The position numbers were made by a program, and so were the translations under genes. Of a DNA stretch of 64,000 nucleotides, positions 30,003 through 39,725 are shown piece after piece. This stretch comes from Chloroflexota bacterium (GTDB lineage Bacteria > Chloroflexota > UBA11872 > VXOZ01): assembly GCA_964291655.2 (NCBI GenBank), contig OZ219802.1, forward strand, positions 2,080,001 through 2,144,000. The letters are read 5' to 3'. The notes beneath the pieces were generated by a model. It was not told where the DNA came from and searched no databases. It saw only the letters and a program-made list of their open reading frames with translations. The stretch's first letter is position 1, and each line of letters starts with the position of its first letter.

Positions 30003-30032
30003 TTGACACCCTTTTGTGCAATGGTGCACAAT
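30003..30032 (+). promoter_or_regulatory. sigma70-type promoter overlapped by TTGTGCA-N4-TGCACAA operator
   Basis: TTGACA-18-CACAAT; perfect IR at 30014-30031. Confidence 0.6.
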
Positions 30033-30082
30033 CTTAATTTGGTGACGTGTTCTAGTACTAGTGCAGAAAGAAGGAGATGTAA

Positions 30083-31492
30083 ATGAACACTAGCACCTTG
30101 ATTAGTGGCATCACCCGCCGCAAGATGCTTGGTGGCTTTGCCGTCGGGGCCGGTGCTGTGCTCGCCGCTGCGTGCGGTGGCGCGACTACGGCCATGACCG
30201 ACGAAGCGCCCAAAGAAGAGATGGAAGAGAAGCAGGCCGAGGCGGCGCCAGCGCCTCCCGAAGAGGTCAATATCCTCTATCTCACCTATACCCGTCCGGC
30301 CCGCAACGAGGCCGAGCAGGCGTTGTATGGCGGGTTCCAGGAAGCCAACCCCGGCATCAACCTGGACATCAAGATCGTGGATGGCGGCGGCACCGGCGTG
30401 CGCCAGAACATCCCGATTCTCTTCGCCGCCGGCACGCCCGTGGATCTCTTTGAGAATACCTGGGGCACCTGGCTGCAGTTCGTGGACGGCGACCTGATCG
30501 CTCCGCTGTCCCCGCTGATGGCGCGCGATGGCATCGATCCCTATGAGGCGTTCGTCGCCGAAGGCGTGGACTTCGTCTCGAACCAGGGCGTGACCTGGGG
30601 TTTCCCCGCCAGCATGTCCGTGGACACGTGGGCCTACAACAAGAACATCTTTGATGAGGCAGGCGTGCCGTATCCGCCGTCCGACCCGGCCGATCCGAGC
30701 TGGACGATGGAAGCGTACATCGACGCTATGGAGAAGCTCACCAAGGGTACTGAGCAGTTTGGTATGCGCCGCGGTTACACCGGTTTCAACACCTTTGGCA
30801 TCGGTGACGGCACGTTCTTCGGCGGCCTGGCCTGGGACGCTGAGAACAACAAGGCGACCATGAACAACGATCACTACGTCCAGGGCATCAACTTCTGGAT
30901 CGATATCGAGGACAAGTTCCGCGTGATGCCGACGGCTGATGAGCATACCGCGATCGTTGGCGGCAGGAGCGGTCACCCGTTCTTCACCACCGGCGCTTTT
31001 GGTATCTCCGTGATGTTCGTGGTACCGCCGGAAGCCAAAGAAGCTGCATTCGACTGGGGCATTGGCGCGTTGGCGTACACGGGCGAGCCGCCGAACCACT
31101 CCGGCCGCCACTACACGCACGCGGTCTTCGCGGGCAACTCCGATCACATCGACCAGACGTGGGAAGTGATGAAGTGGTTCTTGCAGGGCGAGAACGGCCT
31201 CACCTATCTTGAGGTGACCGGCCACGTGGTAACGCCCATGCGGCATCTCTTTGACAAGGCCAAGACACACTGGGAAGCCAAGTACGACGGCAAGGTGGAC
31301 GGCACCACGTACTTCCTGGAGGCCCAGCACACGCCGCAGTCCGGTCACGGTATGTTGAAGTACTCCAACTTCTACGATATCCGCGACGTGCTGCAGCCGG
31401 TCTATAACAGCGTGCGCGCACGCGAGGCTTCGGTCGAGGAATTCCTGCCTTTCGCAGAGAAGACCATCAACGAGGACCTCAAAGTCGAGTAG
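30083..31492 (+). CDS. extracellular solute-binding lipoprotein (Tat signal)
   Basis: TRRKML twin-arginine motif, LAAC lipobox, YNKNIFDEAG; AAGGAG SD. Confidence 0.9.
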   Translation: MNTSTLISGITRRKMLGGFAVGAGAVLAAACGGATTAMTDEAPKEEMEEKQAEAAPAPPEEVNILYLTYTRPARNEAEQALYGGFQEANPGINLDIKIVDGGGTGVRQNIPILFAAGTPVDLFENTWGTWLQFVDGDLIAPLSPLMARDGIDPYEAFVAEGVDFVSNQGVTWGFPASMSVDTWAYNKNIFDEAGVPYPPSDPADPSWTMEAYIDAMEKLTKGTEQFGMRRGYTGFNTFGIGDGTFFGGLAWDAENNKATMNNDHYVQGINFWIDIEDKFRVMPTADEHTAIVGGRSGHPFFTTGAFGISVMFVVPPEAKEAAFDWGIGALAYTGEPPNHSGRHYTHAVFAGNSDHIDQTWEVMKWFLQGENGLTYLEVTGHVVTPMRHLFDKAKTHWEAKYDGKVDGTTYFLEAQHTPQSGHGMLKYSNFYDIRDVLQPVYNSVRAREASVEEFLPFAEKTINEDLKVE

Positions 31493-31550
31493 GACAGAGA
31501 CCGGCATCCAAACGCTCGTTGCTACGAGCGCGCGGATCAGTTCGACAGAG

Positions 31551-31583
31551 AAGGAGGGTCACCCACTGGGTGACCCTCCTTTC
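31551..31583 (+). terminator. strong hairpin, probable terminator
   Basis: AAGGAGGGTCACCC...GGGTGACCCTCCTT downstream of the SBP gene; short U-tract. Confidence 0.65.
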
Positions 31584-31687
31584 GTCTATCCTAAACGCGG
31601 CATCAGGAGAATTGGAATTTGACTGTAGGGAGAGGAAATTACAGCGTTCGCCCAAACGCGTACGGTGGCTCCTCGGTAAGTCAATTT

Positions 31688-32004
31688 TGTAAGTGTTGAG
31701 TAATTCGTTGACAGAAGTCGCTTTCCCGTAGAAGGCGCTACAAGGCCTTGTCATTCCGAGCGTAGCGTCGAACCCTGTTCGCGGAATCTAGGGTCCCTGC
31801 TCAACACACTTTCTCGGCCTCAGCACTCTAGATTCCGCGCTAAGAGCGACACTCCGCTACGCTCCGTTCGGAATCTAAAGTGTTGAGCCTATTGGGCGAC
31901 ACGTTGCATGGGCCCTAGATTCCTCGCTGCGCTCGGAATGACATGATCTGTCAACACTGCCAAATTGGGAGAGGATTCTGTCAACGAATTACTCAACACT
32001 TACA
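31688..32004. mobile_element. MITE-like element with perfect 29-bp TGT...ACA IRs enclosing REP hairpins
   Basis: TGTAAGTGTTGAGTAATTCGTTGACAGAA at 31688 and its exact reverse complement at 31976-32004; no TSD seen. Confidence 0.75.
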
Positions 32005-32536
32005 GGAATGACATGCGTACTATTCTTGTCTAGTCCTGCGTAAAGTTGCTTTTTAAGTCCGTCAACGAATTACCTGACATCTACAGGAATGATGGAATTG
32101 GAGAACCTTAATATTCGGCAAGGCATGCAGACCAGGTATGCTGTCAACGAACTTGCCAACACGTACAATTCCTAGAGGAACAACGAGCATAGGTGTCGAT
32201 CGGGCGCAATCAGCTTCCGTCACTCTGCGTTTACGAGTTATCCATTAGTAGCACCGCGCCAAGCGGTCAAGACACTCGAAATGTGGTTGTCTGCCAAGGC
32301 GGGGACCTCATGCGCGCGCTGCGCGCCCAAGCAACCCGGCAGAGGTCTACGTCGAGTGAGTTAGGTGCGGGAGTCTACCCAAGTCGAGGCCGGACTGCGT
32401 CCGCGAGACTTACTCATGCCATCTCCGCGTATCATGTCTCTCACGTCATCTCAGGTTTGATGCGGGCTTAATTCGCTGGTAGACTGCAACGAACCGCGTT
32501 ACGCGATTGTGGTGCGTGGGTAGTGCGAGGCAACGC

Positions 32537-33361
32537 ATGGACTCATCGCTCTTTCAACTCGAAGGCAAGGCGGCGCTTGTTGTGGGCGGCGGCCAGGGCA
32601 TGGGCGAAAGCACGGCAAAGTTCCTCGCCCGCGCCGGCTGCGGGGTTGCCGTCGCCGACGTGTTGAAGGAGCGTGCCGACCGCGTCGCCAACGCTGTCGC
32701 CGATCTCGGCCAACCTTCTGCCTCGATCGTGGGCAACGTGCTCGACGATAGTCAGGTCAAGGAGGTCGTTACGCGCGCCGAGCGTGAACTTGGCGGCCTC
32801 GATGTGCTGGTAACCATCGTCGGTCAGGCGTCATTCAATTCCCTCCTCGACATGACGCCGGAGCAGTGGGACTTAGATCATAGCAGGAACCTGCGTTATT
32901 TCTTCATGACGGCGCGCGAAGTCGCCCGCTCACTCCTCGCGCGCGGCAAGCCCGGCGCCATGGTCTGCGTCTCCTCCGTGAAGGGATTGCAATCGGCTCC
33001 TCACAACGCAGCCTACGGCGCGGCGAAAGCCGGCCTCGTAAACCTGGTGCGTACGATGGCCGTCGAATGGGCGCCCTACAACATCCGGGTGAACGCGATT
33101 GCGCCGGGAACCATCACCACGCCGCGCATTCCGGACACGGCTGAGCGGCTGGAGCGTGTCCGCACGGGGCACATTCCTTTCAAACGCCGCGGCACGGCAG
33201 ACGAGATCGGCAAGGCAGCGCTCTTCTTGGCCTCAGACCTGGCGAGCTACGTCACGGGGCACACCCTATCCGTGGACGGCGGCTGGATGGCCGCCTCTCT
33301 CACCGGCATTCCCGATATCCCTCCCGGCGGCACCTTAGACGCCACCGCTGGGTCGAGGTAA
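32537..33361 (+). CDS. SDR family oxidoreductase
   Basis: GGGQGMG, YGAAK, VNAIAPG, VDGG. Confidence 0.92.
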   Translation: MDSSLFQLEGKAALVVGGGQGMGESTAKFLARAGCGVAVADVLKERADRVANAVADLGQPSASIVGNVLDDSQVKEVVTRAERELGGLDVLVTIVGQASFNSLLDMTPEQWDLDHSRNLRYFFMTAREVARSLLARGKPGAMVCVSSVKGLQSAPHNAAYGAAKAGLVNLVRTMAVEWAPYNIRVNAIAPGTITTPRIPDTAERLERVRTGHIPFKRRGTADEIGKAALFLASDLASYVTGHTLSVDGGWMAASLTGIPDIPPGGTLDATAGSR

Positions 33362-33562
33362 GGGCCGAGCGCACGCTTCGTCGCTTGATACGGTATTATG
33401 CGGGTGACGGCGAAGGAGTCGACGCAGGCGGGCATGGGGATGGCATGGCAACCTGGGAGCCATGGTCGATACGGAGCAGGATGCCCGTGACCCAGCCCGT
33501 TGCTTTCGCCAAACCGAACTGCTTAGCAAATAGATCGCAGTTTTCGCTAGTGAAAGTGAGGA

Positions 33563-33859
33563 ATGAAGATGAAGACCTACGTGGTAGTGATTGACTTTGA
33601 GATTTCGGATGCGGCAAGTATCGATAGCCTGGCCGATCAACTCGGCGCGGAAGTCCAGGCCCATGGCGGCAGGTATCTCGTTCAGGGTGGCGCGGCACGC
33701 GCGCTTGGCGGGGACCTGGACGCTGAGCGTATCACAGTCATTGAGTTTGACAATCCAGAGCAGCCCCGGGCCTTGGTCGAGTCACAGACGTTTTCAGAAC
33801 TTCGCAGACGCCGCAACCAGTTTACAAAGGCCAGCGCTTTCGTTGTCGAGGGCGCGTAA
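33563..33859 (+). CDS. DUF1330 family protein
   Basis: HGGRYLVQGG, VIEF, terminal VEG. Confidence 0.85.
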   Translation: MKMKTYVVVIDFEISDAASIDSLADQLGAEVQAHGGRYLVQGGAARALGGDLDAERITVIEFDNPEQPRALVESQTFSELRRRRNQFTKASAFVVEGA

Positions 33860-33906
33860 CTCCTCCACGGCGTGCGACATCCGCATAGTTCCATAAGTAG
33901 GATGCC

Positions 33907-35622
33907 GTGAAAACAGTTGACGGCGTGACCCATGAACCGGACGAGTCCTGTTCCCTAGGGCTGACGCTCGGCGTGGGGTTTCAGGGCGTCCTGCTCTCCT
34001 TGCCGCCAACCGTGCTGACCATGTTGCTCTTCGCTCGCGCGTCGGGACTGGGTGACGGCTACGTGACGTGGTCCGTTTTGGCGGCGGTTGCCGTCAGCGG
34101 CATCGCCACCGCACTCCAGGCGGCGCGATTCGGTCCTATCGGCGGCGGCAACATCTTGATGGCCGGCGCCGCCCCCAGCTATCTTGCTATCGCGCTCCTG
34201 GCATTGGATCAAGCGGGCCCGGCTACGCTCGCCACGCTGTTGGTTGTTTCATCACTGTTCCAATTCGGCTTGGCGGCATCGCTGCCGCGTCTACGCCGTA
34301 TCATTACGCCGGTGGTCTCCGGCACGGTAATCATGCTGATTGCGGCGAGCGTCTTGCCGCTCACGGTAGATAAGCTCGAGCAAGTCCCAGAGGGCGCGCC
34401 CGCGTTGGCTGCACCGGCCGTAGCCGCCATCACGTTGCTCGCAGTCGCGGTGTTGGGGCTGCGCGCGACGGGTGCGCTGCGCCTTTGGACTCCGCTTATC
34501 GGCGTGGTGGTTGGGTGCGTTGCGGCTGCCTTGTTTGGCATATACGATCCCACGAGTTTCTTGGAGGCGCCGTGGATTGGCGTGCCCGAGCTGTGGCTGC
34601 CGGGTTTTGATATCTCTCCAGGAGCGGAATTTTGGGCCTTGCTCCCCATGTTTCTGATTGTGTCCGTATCGGGCGCAATCAAGGCGGTGGGTTCCAGTGT
34701 GGTGGTGCAGCAGGTCTCGTGGCGGGAGCCGCGGGTGACCGACTATCGCCGCGTGCAGGGAACGGTCAACGCCAACGCAATCGGCTCGGTGCTCTCGGGG
34801 TTTCTGGGTGTCTTGCCCACCGGCACCTACGCCGCCACCAGCGTATCGCTGACCAACTTCACGGGCGTGGCCACGCGCGCGGTTGGGTACACCATCGGGA
34901 TCATGCTGGTCGTCCTAGCGCTCCTGCCCAAGCCAATGGCGCTCCTCCTCACGGTGCCCAACGCGGTCACCAGCGCGTACATGCTCATGCTCATGGGCTT
35001 GCTCTTCGTGGAAGGTCTACGCACGGTGATGCAGGACAGTCTCGACCAGCGCAAGGTGCTCATCGTGGCGCTCTCACTTGCGGTAGGCGTCGGTTTGCAG
35101 AGCGAGAACGTGATTACGCAGGTCGTTGGCGGCGCCTGGGGGTTGGTGCTGGGCAACGGTTTGATCATGGGCGCCATTACCGCGATCTTGCTGACCACGT
35201 TCATCGAACTCGTGGCCCCGCGCCGCCGGCGGCTTGAAATCGCGTTGGACATCAGCGCACTGCCGCTCCTCGATGAATTCCTGACGCAGATAGCCGCCAA
35301 ACTGGGCTGGAATGACGCGTCGGCGAACCGGTTGCGTTTGGTGGGCGAGGAGGCGCTGTCGAGCTTGCTGGGTGACGAACATGAGGAGGGCGCGAGACGC
35401 CTAATCGTGCTGGCGCGTCCGGGCACGGGTATGGTGGAACTTGAGTTCATGGCGGTGTTGGAAGAGGAGAACATCGAAGATGCGCTCGCCTACATGAGCG
35501 AACAGTCCGGCGCGCCGGAGGCCGGTGAAATTTCGCTGCGTTTGCTCCGGCACTTTGCCTCCGGCGTGCGCCACCGCAAGTACCAGGGCATCGATATCGT
35601 TACGGTCGAGGTCCTGCGCTAG
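33907..35622 (+). CDS. NCS2/UraA-fold permease fused to a C-terminal RsbW-like domain
   Basis: IITPVVSGTVI and other NCS2-like TM segments; soluble ~133-aa tail from 35221 with an anti-sigma-kinase-like pattern. Confidence 0.8.
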   Translation: MKTVDGVTHEPDESCSLGLTLGVGFQGVLLSLPPTVLTMLLFARASGLGDGYVTWSVLAAVAVSGIATALQAARFGPIGGGNILMAGAAPSYLAIALLALDQAGPATLATLLVVSSLFQFGLAASLPRLRRIITPVVSGTVIMLIAASVLPLTVDKLEQVPEGAPALAAPAVAAITLLAVAVLGLRATGALRLWTPLIGVVVGCVAAALFGIYDPTSFLEAPWIGVPELWLPGFDISPGAEFWALLPMFLIVSVSGAIKAVGSSVVVQQVSWREPRVTDYRRVQGTVNANAIGSVLSGFLGVLPTGTYAATSVSLTNFTGVATRAVGYTIGIMLVVLALLPKPMALLLTVPNAVTSAYMLMLMGLLFVEGLRTVMQDSLDQRKVLIVALSLAVGVGLQSENVITQVVGGAWGLVLGNGLIMGAITAILLTTFIELVAPRRRRLEIALDISALPLLDEFLTQIAAKLGWNDASANRLRLVGEEALSSLLGDEHEEGARRLIVLARPGTGMVELEFMAVLEEENIEDALAYMSEQSGAPEAGEISLRLLRHFASGVRHRKYQGIDIVTVEVLR

Positions 35623-35842
35623 CGAATTGCCAGAGGACGTTTACCTCCGAGAATCGTAATGACCGCTACAGTTCGCCGTGTCTCGTGAATAAGGCATTCC
35701 GTCAACGCATTGCGCACCACGCGCGCCACCACACCGGCAACGCCTGCTCGGTCGTTATGCGTATTGTCTATAGGTCGTAGCTATGGTATATACATACTAG
35801 TCCAAATCGACTGTTGTCTTGTATCGCAAGGAGTGGTCCACG

Positions 35843-36700
35843 ATGCCATACACGGCGGACATCAGCCGCAATACCCCTGGCTGCTTCCTCTTTCTACTCG
35901 ACCAATCGGCTTCGATGAGCGGCGCCCTGGGCGGGCAGCCCGGCCTGCAAAAGATGGACGGAGCGGCCGATGCCATCAATCGGATTCTCGACGCCATTTC
36001 CCAACGCTGCTCCCAGGGCATGGATATCCGCGACTATTTCCATATCGGAGTTATCACTTACACCACCGACAGACAAGGGAACCCAACGCTGGAAACAATC
36101 TTTCCCGAAACTTCCCTGCAGCATCCCTTCCTGACAGTCAGCCAGGTGGTTGACGCTGCCGAAGTGGAGGAACGGCAGGTCAAGGAGTCCGACGGGGCCG
36201 GCGGCATCGTGGAAGGCACCCGCAAAGTGCCGGTGTGGCTCCGACCGAAGGCCAGCAATGGCACACCCATGTGCGCGGCGCTATCCGCCGCCTCCAGCGC
36301 CGTGCAAGCGTGGACGCAGAAGCACGCGGACTCCTATCCCCCGATGGTGATCAACATCTCCGACGGCGCTGCGGGCGACGGGGATCCGGAACCCATCGCC
36401 CAAGAACTCATGGCTCTGGCAACCAACGACGGCGCCACGCTGCTTTACAACGCGCACCTTTCCGAGGTGTCCGCGCCGCCGGTGCAGTACCCGGCCGTAG
36501 AGAGCGACCTACCCCCCGATGAATATGCGGCGGCCATGTTCCGCATGTCTTCCGTCTTTCCGGACCCGGTCCGCGACCTCGCCGCGAGCATGGAACTGCC
36601 GGTCGTGGAGGGTTCTCGCGGGTACGTCTACAACGCCGACATGGTGGCTCTGGTGCAGTTCTTGGATATTGGGACCCGTGCCGCTTCAGACCTGCACTAG
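35843..36700 (+). CDS. vWA domain protein (TerY-like)
   Basis: MIDAS DQSAS, GTP, ISDG; AAGGAG SD before ATG 35843. Confidence 0.85.
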   Translation: MPYTADISRNTPGCFLFLLDQSASMSGALGGQPGLQKMDGAADAINRILDAISQRCSQGMDIRDYFHIGVITYTTDRQGNPTLETIFPETSLQHPFLTVSQVVDAAEVEERQVKESDGAGGIVEGTRKVPVWLRPKASNGTPMCAALSAASSAVQAWTQKHADSYPPMVINISDGAAGDGDPEPIAQELMALATNDGATLLYNAHLSEVSAPPVQYPAVESDLPPDEYAAAMFRMSSVFPDPVRDLAASMELPVVEGSRGYVYNADMVALVQFLDIGTRAASDLH

Positions 36701-36717
36701 ATTGATGGAGGGTGAAG

Positions 36718-37491
36718 ATGGCTCTTCGACCCCCCAAAAGGCTCTGGTTGCCCAAGGCGGGTAATCGCCCGGACGAATACGAGGACGCGGCCCGGGCGGT
36801 CTATCCCCAACGCATCGGCGCGACCGGCCGCCGGACGGTCAGGGTAGCCGTAGCTGATGGCGCCAGCGAGTCTGCCTTTGCCCGGGAGTGGGCGGATGTC
36901 CTGACCGACGCCTTCGTCGACCGGCCCCTCGACCTCTGCGGCCTTACGGAGGAATCCCTCAATGTTTGGCTGGCTGTGGCGCAAGCGGAGTGGCACGATT
37001 GCGTGCCTTGGGACGGCCTGCCATGGCACGGAGAGGCCAAGGCGCGGGCCGGGGCCTTCGCCACCCTGTTGGGGCTGACCGTGGGCACGGCACCGGACGA
37101 CCCCCAGCGACTCCGCTGGCAGGCGGTTGCCGTGGGAGACTGCTGCCTCTTCATCGTCCGCGGCGGACGGCTGTGCCTCTCCTTTCCCCTGGAAGACGCC
37201 GCCCAGTTCGATAATACTCCCGACCTGGTTTGCAGCAACCCTGCCAATGTCGGAGAACTATGGGAATGCGTACAACGCAGCAGCGGCCAATGCGCGGTGG
37301 GAGACCTCTTGATCCTGGCGTCGGACGCCCTTGCCTGCTGGTTCCTCGCCAGCAACGCCGCTGACGAGAAGCCCTGGGAGACCCTACTGGCGTTGGAATC
37401 GCCAGCGTGGGACGCCTGGGTCGAGGAGCAGCGGCACGGAGGAGCGATGCGCAACGATGACACCACGGTGGTCGTCATCACGGTCGCCTAG
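36718..37491 (+). CDS. PP2C-like protein phosphatase
   Basis: YEDA, VADGAS, VGDC, SDA, NDDTT. Confidence 0.85.
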   Translation: MALRPPKRLWLPKAGNRPDEYEDAARAVYPQRIGATGRRTVRVAVADGASESAFAREWADVLTDAFVDRPLDLCGLTEESLNVWLAVAQAEWHDCVPWDGLPWHGEAKARAGAFATLLGLTVGTAPDDPQRLRWQAVAVGDCCLFIVRGGRLCLSFPLEDAAQFDNTPDLVCSNPANVGELWECVQRSSGQCAVGDLLILASDALACWFLASNAADEKPWETLLALESPAWDAWVEEQRHGGAMRNDDTTVVVITVA

Positions 37492-37513
37492 ACCGGAGAG
37501 GTGAAGCGCAGCC

Positions 37514-38821
37514 ATGTCCTGGCCGGGAATAACCGACTTTAGCGAGGCGATCCAAAATCCCCGCCTGTGCTTCAAGGGTTCCGCACTTGAAGCCGGGACG
37601 GTGGCCGTCAACCAACGGGGCATGCCTTTGGTGTATTCCGGCTCTTTCGCCTGCGTCTACTCGGTTTCCGTCGGCGGCGCGTTTGCAGTGCGCTGCTTCA
37701 CCCGCGAAGTAAAGGACCAACAGACCCGATACAATCAGCTCAGCGACTACCTGATCAACGTCCTGCCGCCGTCCTTCGTGCATTTCGAGTACCTGGAAGA
37801 CGGAATCAGTTTCAGAGGCCGCTCGTATCCCATCGTCAAGATGGAGTGGGTGGAAGGAGAGGTGTTGAGCAAATTCGTCGGCTCTAGGCTCAATGAGCCG
37901 GACACCCTCAGGCGCATCGCCGCCCAGTGGCGCGGGGGCACGACCGCCAGCTTGCGCGGGTTGCGCATCGCCCACAACGACCTGCAGCATGGCAACGTCA
38001 TGGTGCAGGGAGACGGAAATATCCGCCTGGTGGACTACGACGGCATGTTCCTGCCCCAATTTCGCGGGGAACGCAGCCCGGAACTGGGACACAAGAACTA
38101 TCAGCACCCACTACGGTCGTCGGCAGACTACGGTGACTACGTGGATAACTTCCCCATCCTGGTGATCTATCTTAGCCTGCTGGCAGTCGCAGCCGATCCC
38201 AATCTTTGGTCTTTCTATAACGACGACAACCTGATCTTTACGGGCAATGATTACACCGACCCAGGCAGTTCCGCACTATTCAATCGCCTGAAGAGTTCTC
38301 CTGACCCCACAGTGGCCAAACTGACGGAACGCCTGGAGGAGTGTTGCGCGCTTCCGGTGGAGAAGGTGCCGGACCTGGAAACCATTCTTCAGGACATTCC
38401 GCCCAGCCCAGCACCGTCATCGCTTCCAAAGGCGTCTGCGGCGAAGTCGGCTCCCCCAAAGCAGTCGGCTCCGGCGGCGGCTCCGCGTCCGGCGACGACG
38501 CCATCGGCGATTCCCCGTCCGGCAACGGCTCCGACCACGAGCGGGCCGGGCAACCGGCCGGCATCATCCCGCCCTCAGCCTCCTACCCGGCAAGCCTCCC
38601 GTCCGGCGCTGGCGACTGTCCTGCCCAGGCCCGCGCGTGCCTCCCGATTGGTTGCCTCCAAGAGTGCCGCCGGCCAACGCGCCATAGCGCGTGTAACGAC
38701 GTTTCCTCTTACAAGAAGAGACGCCCTGAGAGTGATGCTGGGCGTCGCGGCCACGGTGCTCATCGTTATCGCGGTGCTCGCGGCGCTGACTGTGTGGGCA
38801 GTTGCGCAGCGCGGGTGGTAA
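37514..38821 (+). CDS. Ser/Thr kinase-like protein with Pro/Ala linker and C-terminal TM
   Basis: SGSFACVY, AVRCF, MEWVEG, HNDLQHGN, VDYDG. Confidence 0.85.
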   Translation: MSWPGITDFSEAIQNPRLCFKGSALEAGTVAVNQRGMPLVYSGSFACVYSVSVGGAFAVRCFTREVKDQQTRYNQLSDYLINVLPPSFVHFEYLEDGISFRGRSYPIVKMEWVEGEVLSKFVGSRLNEPDTLRRIAAQWRGGTTASLRGLRIAHNDLQHGNVMVQGDGNIRLVDYDGMFLPQFRGERSPELGHKNYQHPLRSSADYGDYVDNFPILVIYLSLLAVAADPNLWSFYNDDNLIFTGNDYTDPGSSALFNRLKSSPDPTVAKLTERLEECCALPVEKVPDLETILQDIPPSPAPSSLPKASAAKSAPPKQSAPAAAPRPATTPSAIPRPATAPTTSGPGNRPASSRPQPPTRQASRPALATVLPRPARASRLVASKSAAGQRAIARVTTFPLTRRDALRVMLGVAATVLIVIAVLAALTVWAVAQRGW

Positions 38822-38996
38822 CGGCCCGGCCTTCAGGGAAAAAACCCCCACGGAGCGCGGGAGAATCGATACTAGCCGTGGTGGCGCGCTATCGTTGCAG
38901 TGGTGGGTAGGTGTATCAGCATTCGCGTCCGTCATGGCCATGAAGACTGCTAGACGAAGTCCGCGCTGCTCTTTCCGCCGCTCAGGGTACACTGCA

Positions 38997-39725
38997 TCAA
39001 GGCTTGGCCCCATACGCGGCCAGGAGACGCGCGACTCCCACGATCAGCGTAACGGCCCCAACCACCGCGGCTATGATAAAGGGCGCACCCCACCCCACCA
39101 CAGCGCCAATGATCCCAATCACGGTCAGCCCCAAGCCGAGCCGATTGACCCAGGAACCGAGCAGCGCCTGGAAGGGCTTCCCGAAGATCAGTAGGGCAAG
39201 CCCGCTCCAGAGCATGACATTGCCAACACCGAAGATCGTCTCCAGCGTCGCCATCGTCCCCGGCTGTCCATAGTTGTAGTGGAAGATCTCATAGAGGAGA
39301 AGCTCCGGCGTCTTAGCGGAGATGGATATGAGGAGCCCGAGCGCTGCCACGCCCAATCCCAGCTTGGCGCCCCACCCCAACTTGCTGGTCCATGCCGGCT
39401 TGCTAGCCACTCCCAACATGCCGAGCAGCAGACGGATACTGACAACGCAGGTCCCGCACGCAATGACTAGGCCGCCGAGCATCAGAAGCATTTGCTCACC
39501 TGCTTCCGGCTCACTCGGGGGTAAGAACTCTCGCTCTTCAGGCGCGCCCAAGAGTGTCAAGACTTTCATGAGCGCTTCGAAGAAGATTCCTCCGAGAATT
39601 CCGCCGGAGACCATAATGATGACGCCGGTCACCATCACAGCCAGCCCTATCTTGTAGGTCAGTTCCAGCCTAAAAGTCAACGCTCCCTGCGTTCTCCAGG
39701 GAGCGTTTGTCTTCCACGTCTTCAT
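38997..39725 (-). CDS. hypothetical multi-pass membrane protein
   Basis: 242-aa ORF, about 6 hydrophobic segments, GGAGAG SD. Confidence 0.65.
   Translation of the reverse strand: MKTWKTNAPWRTQGALTFRLELTYKIGLAVMVTGVIIMVSGGILGGIFFEALMKVLTLLGAPEEREFLPPSEPEAGEQMLLMLGGLVIACGTCVVSIRLLLGMLGVASKPAWTSKLGWGAKLGLGVAALGLLISISAKTPELLLYEIFHYNYGQPGTMATLETIFGVGNVMLWSGLALLIFGKPFQALLGSWVNRLGLGLTVIGIIGAVVGWGAPFIIAAVVGAVTLIVGVARLLAAYGAKP

Noticed and set aside
29909-31507. Long antisense ORFs (532 aa here; also 21698-22948 and 62132-63292)
   Set aside because: They are shadows of real genes on the opposite strand, caused by high-GC codon bias.
31976-32167. Canonical CRISPR mini-array
   Set aside because: The repeats are divergent, equal one arm of a terminal IR, and have no cas genes. 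Kept only as a repeat finding.
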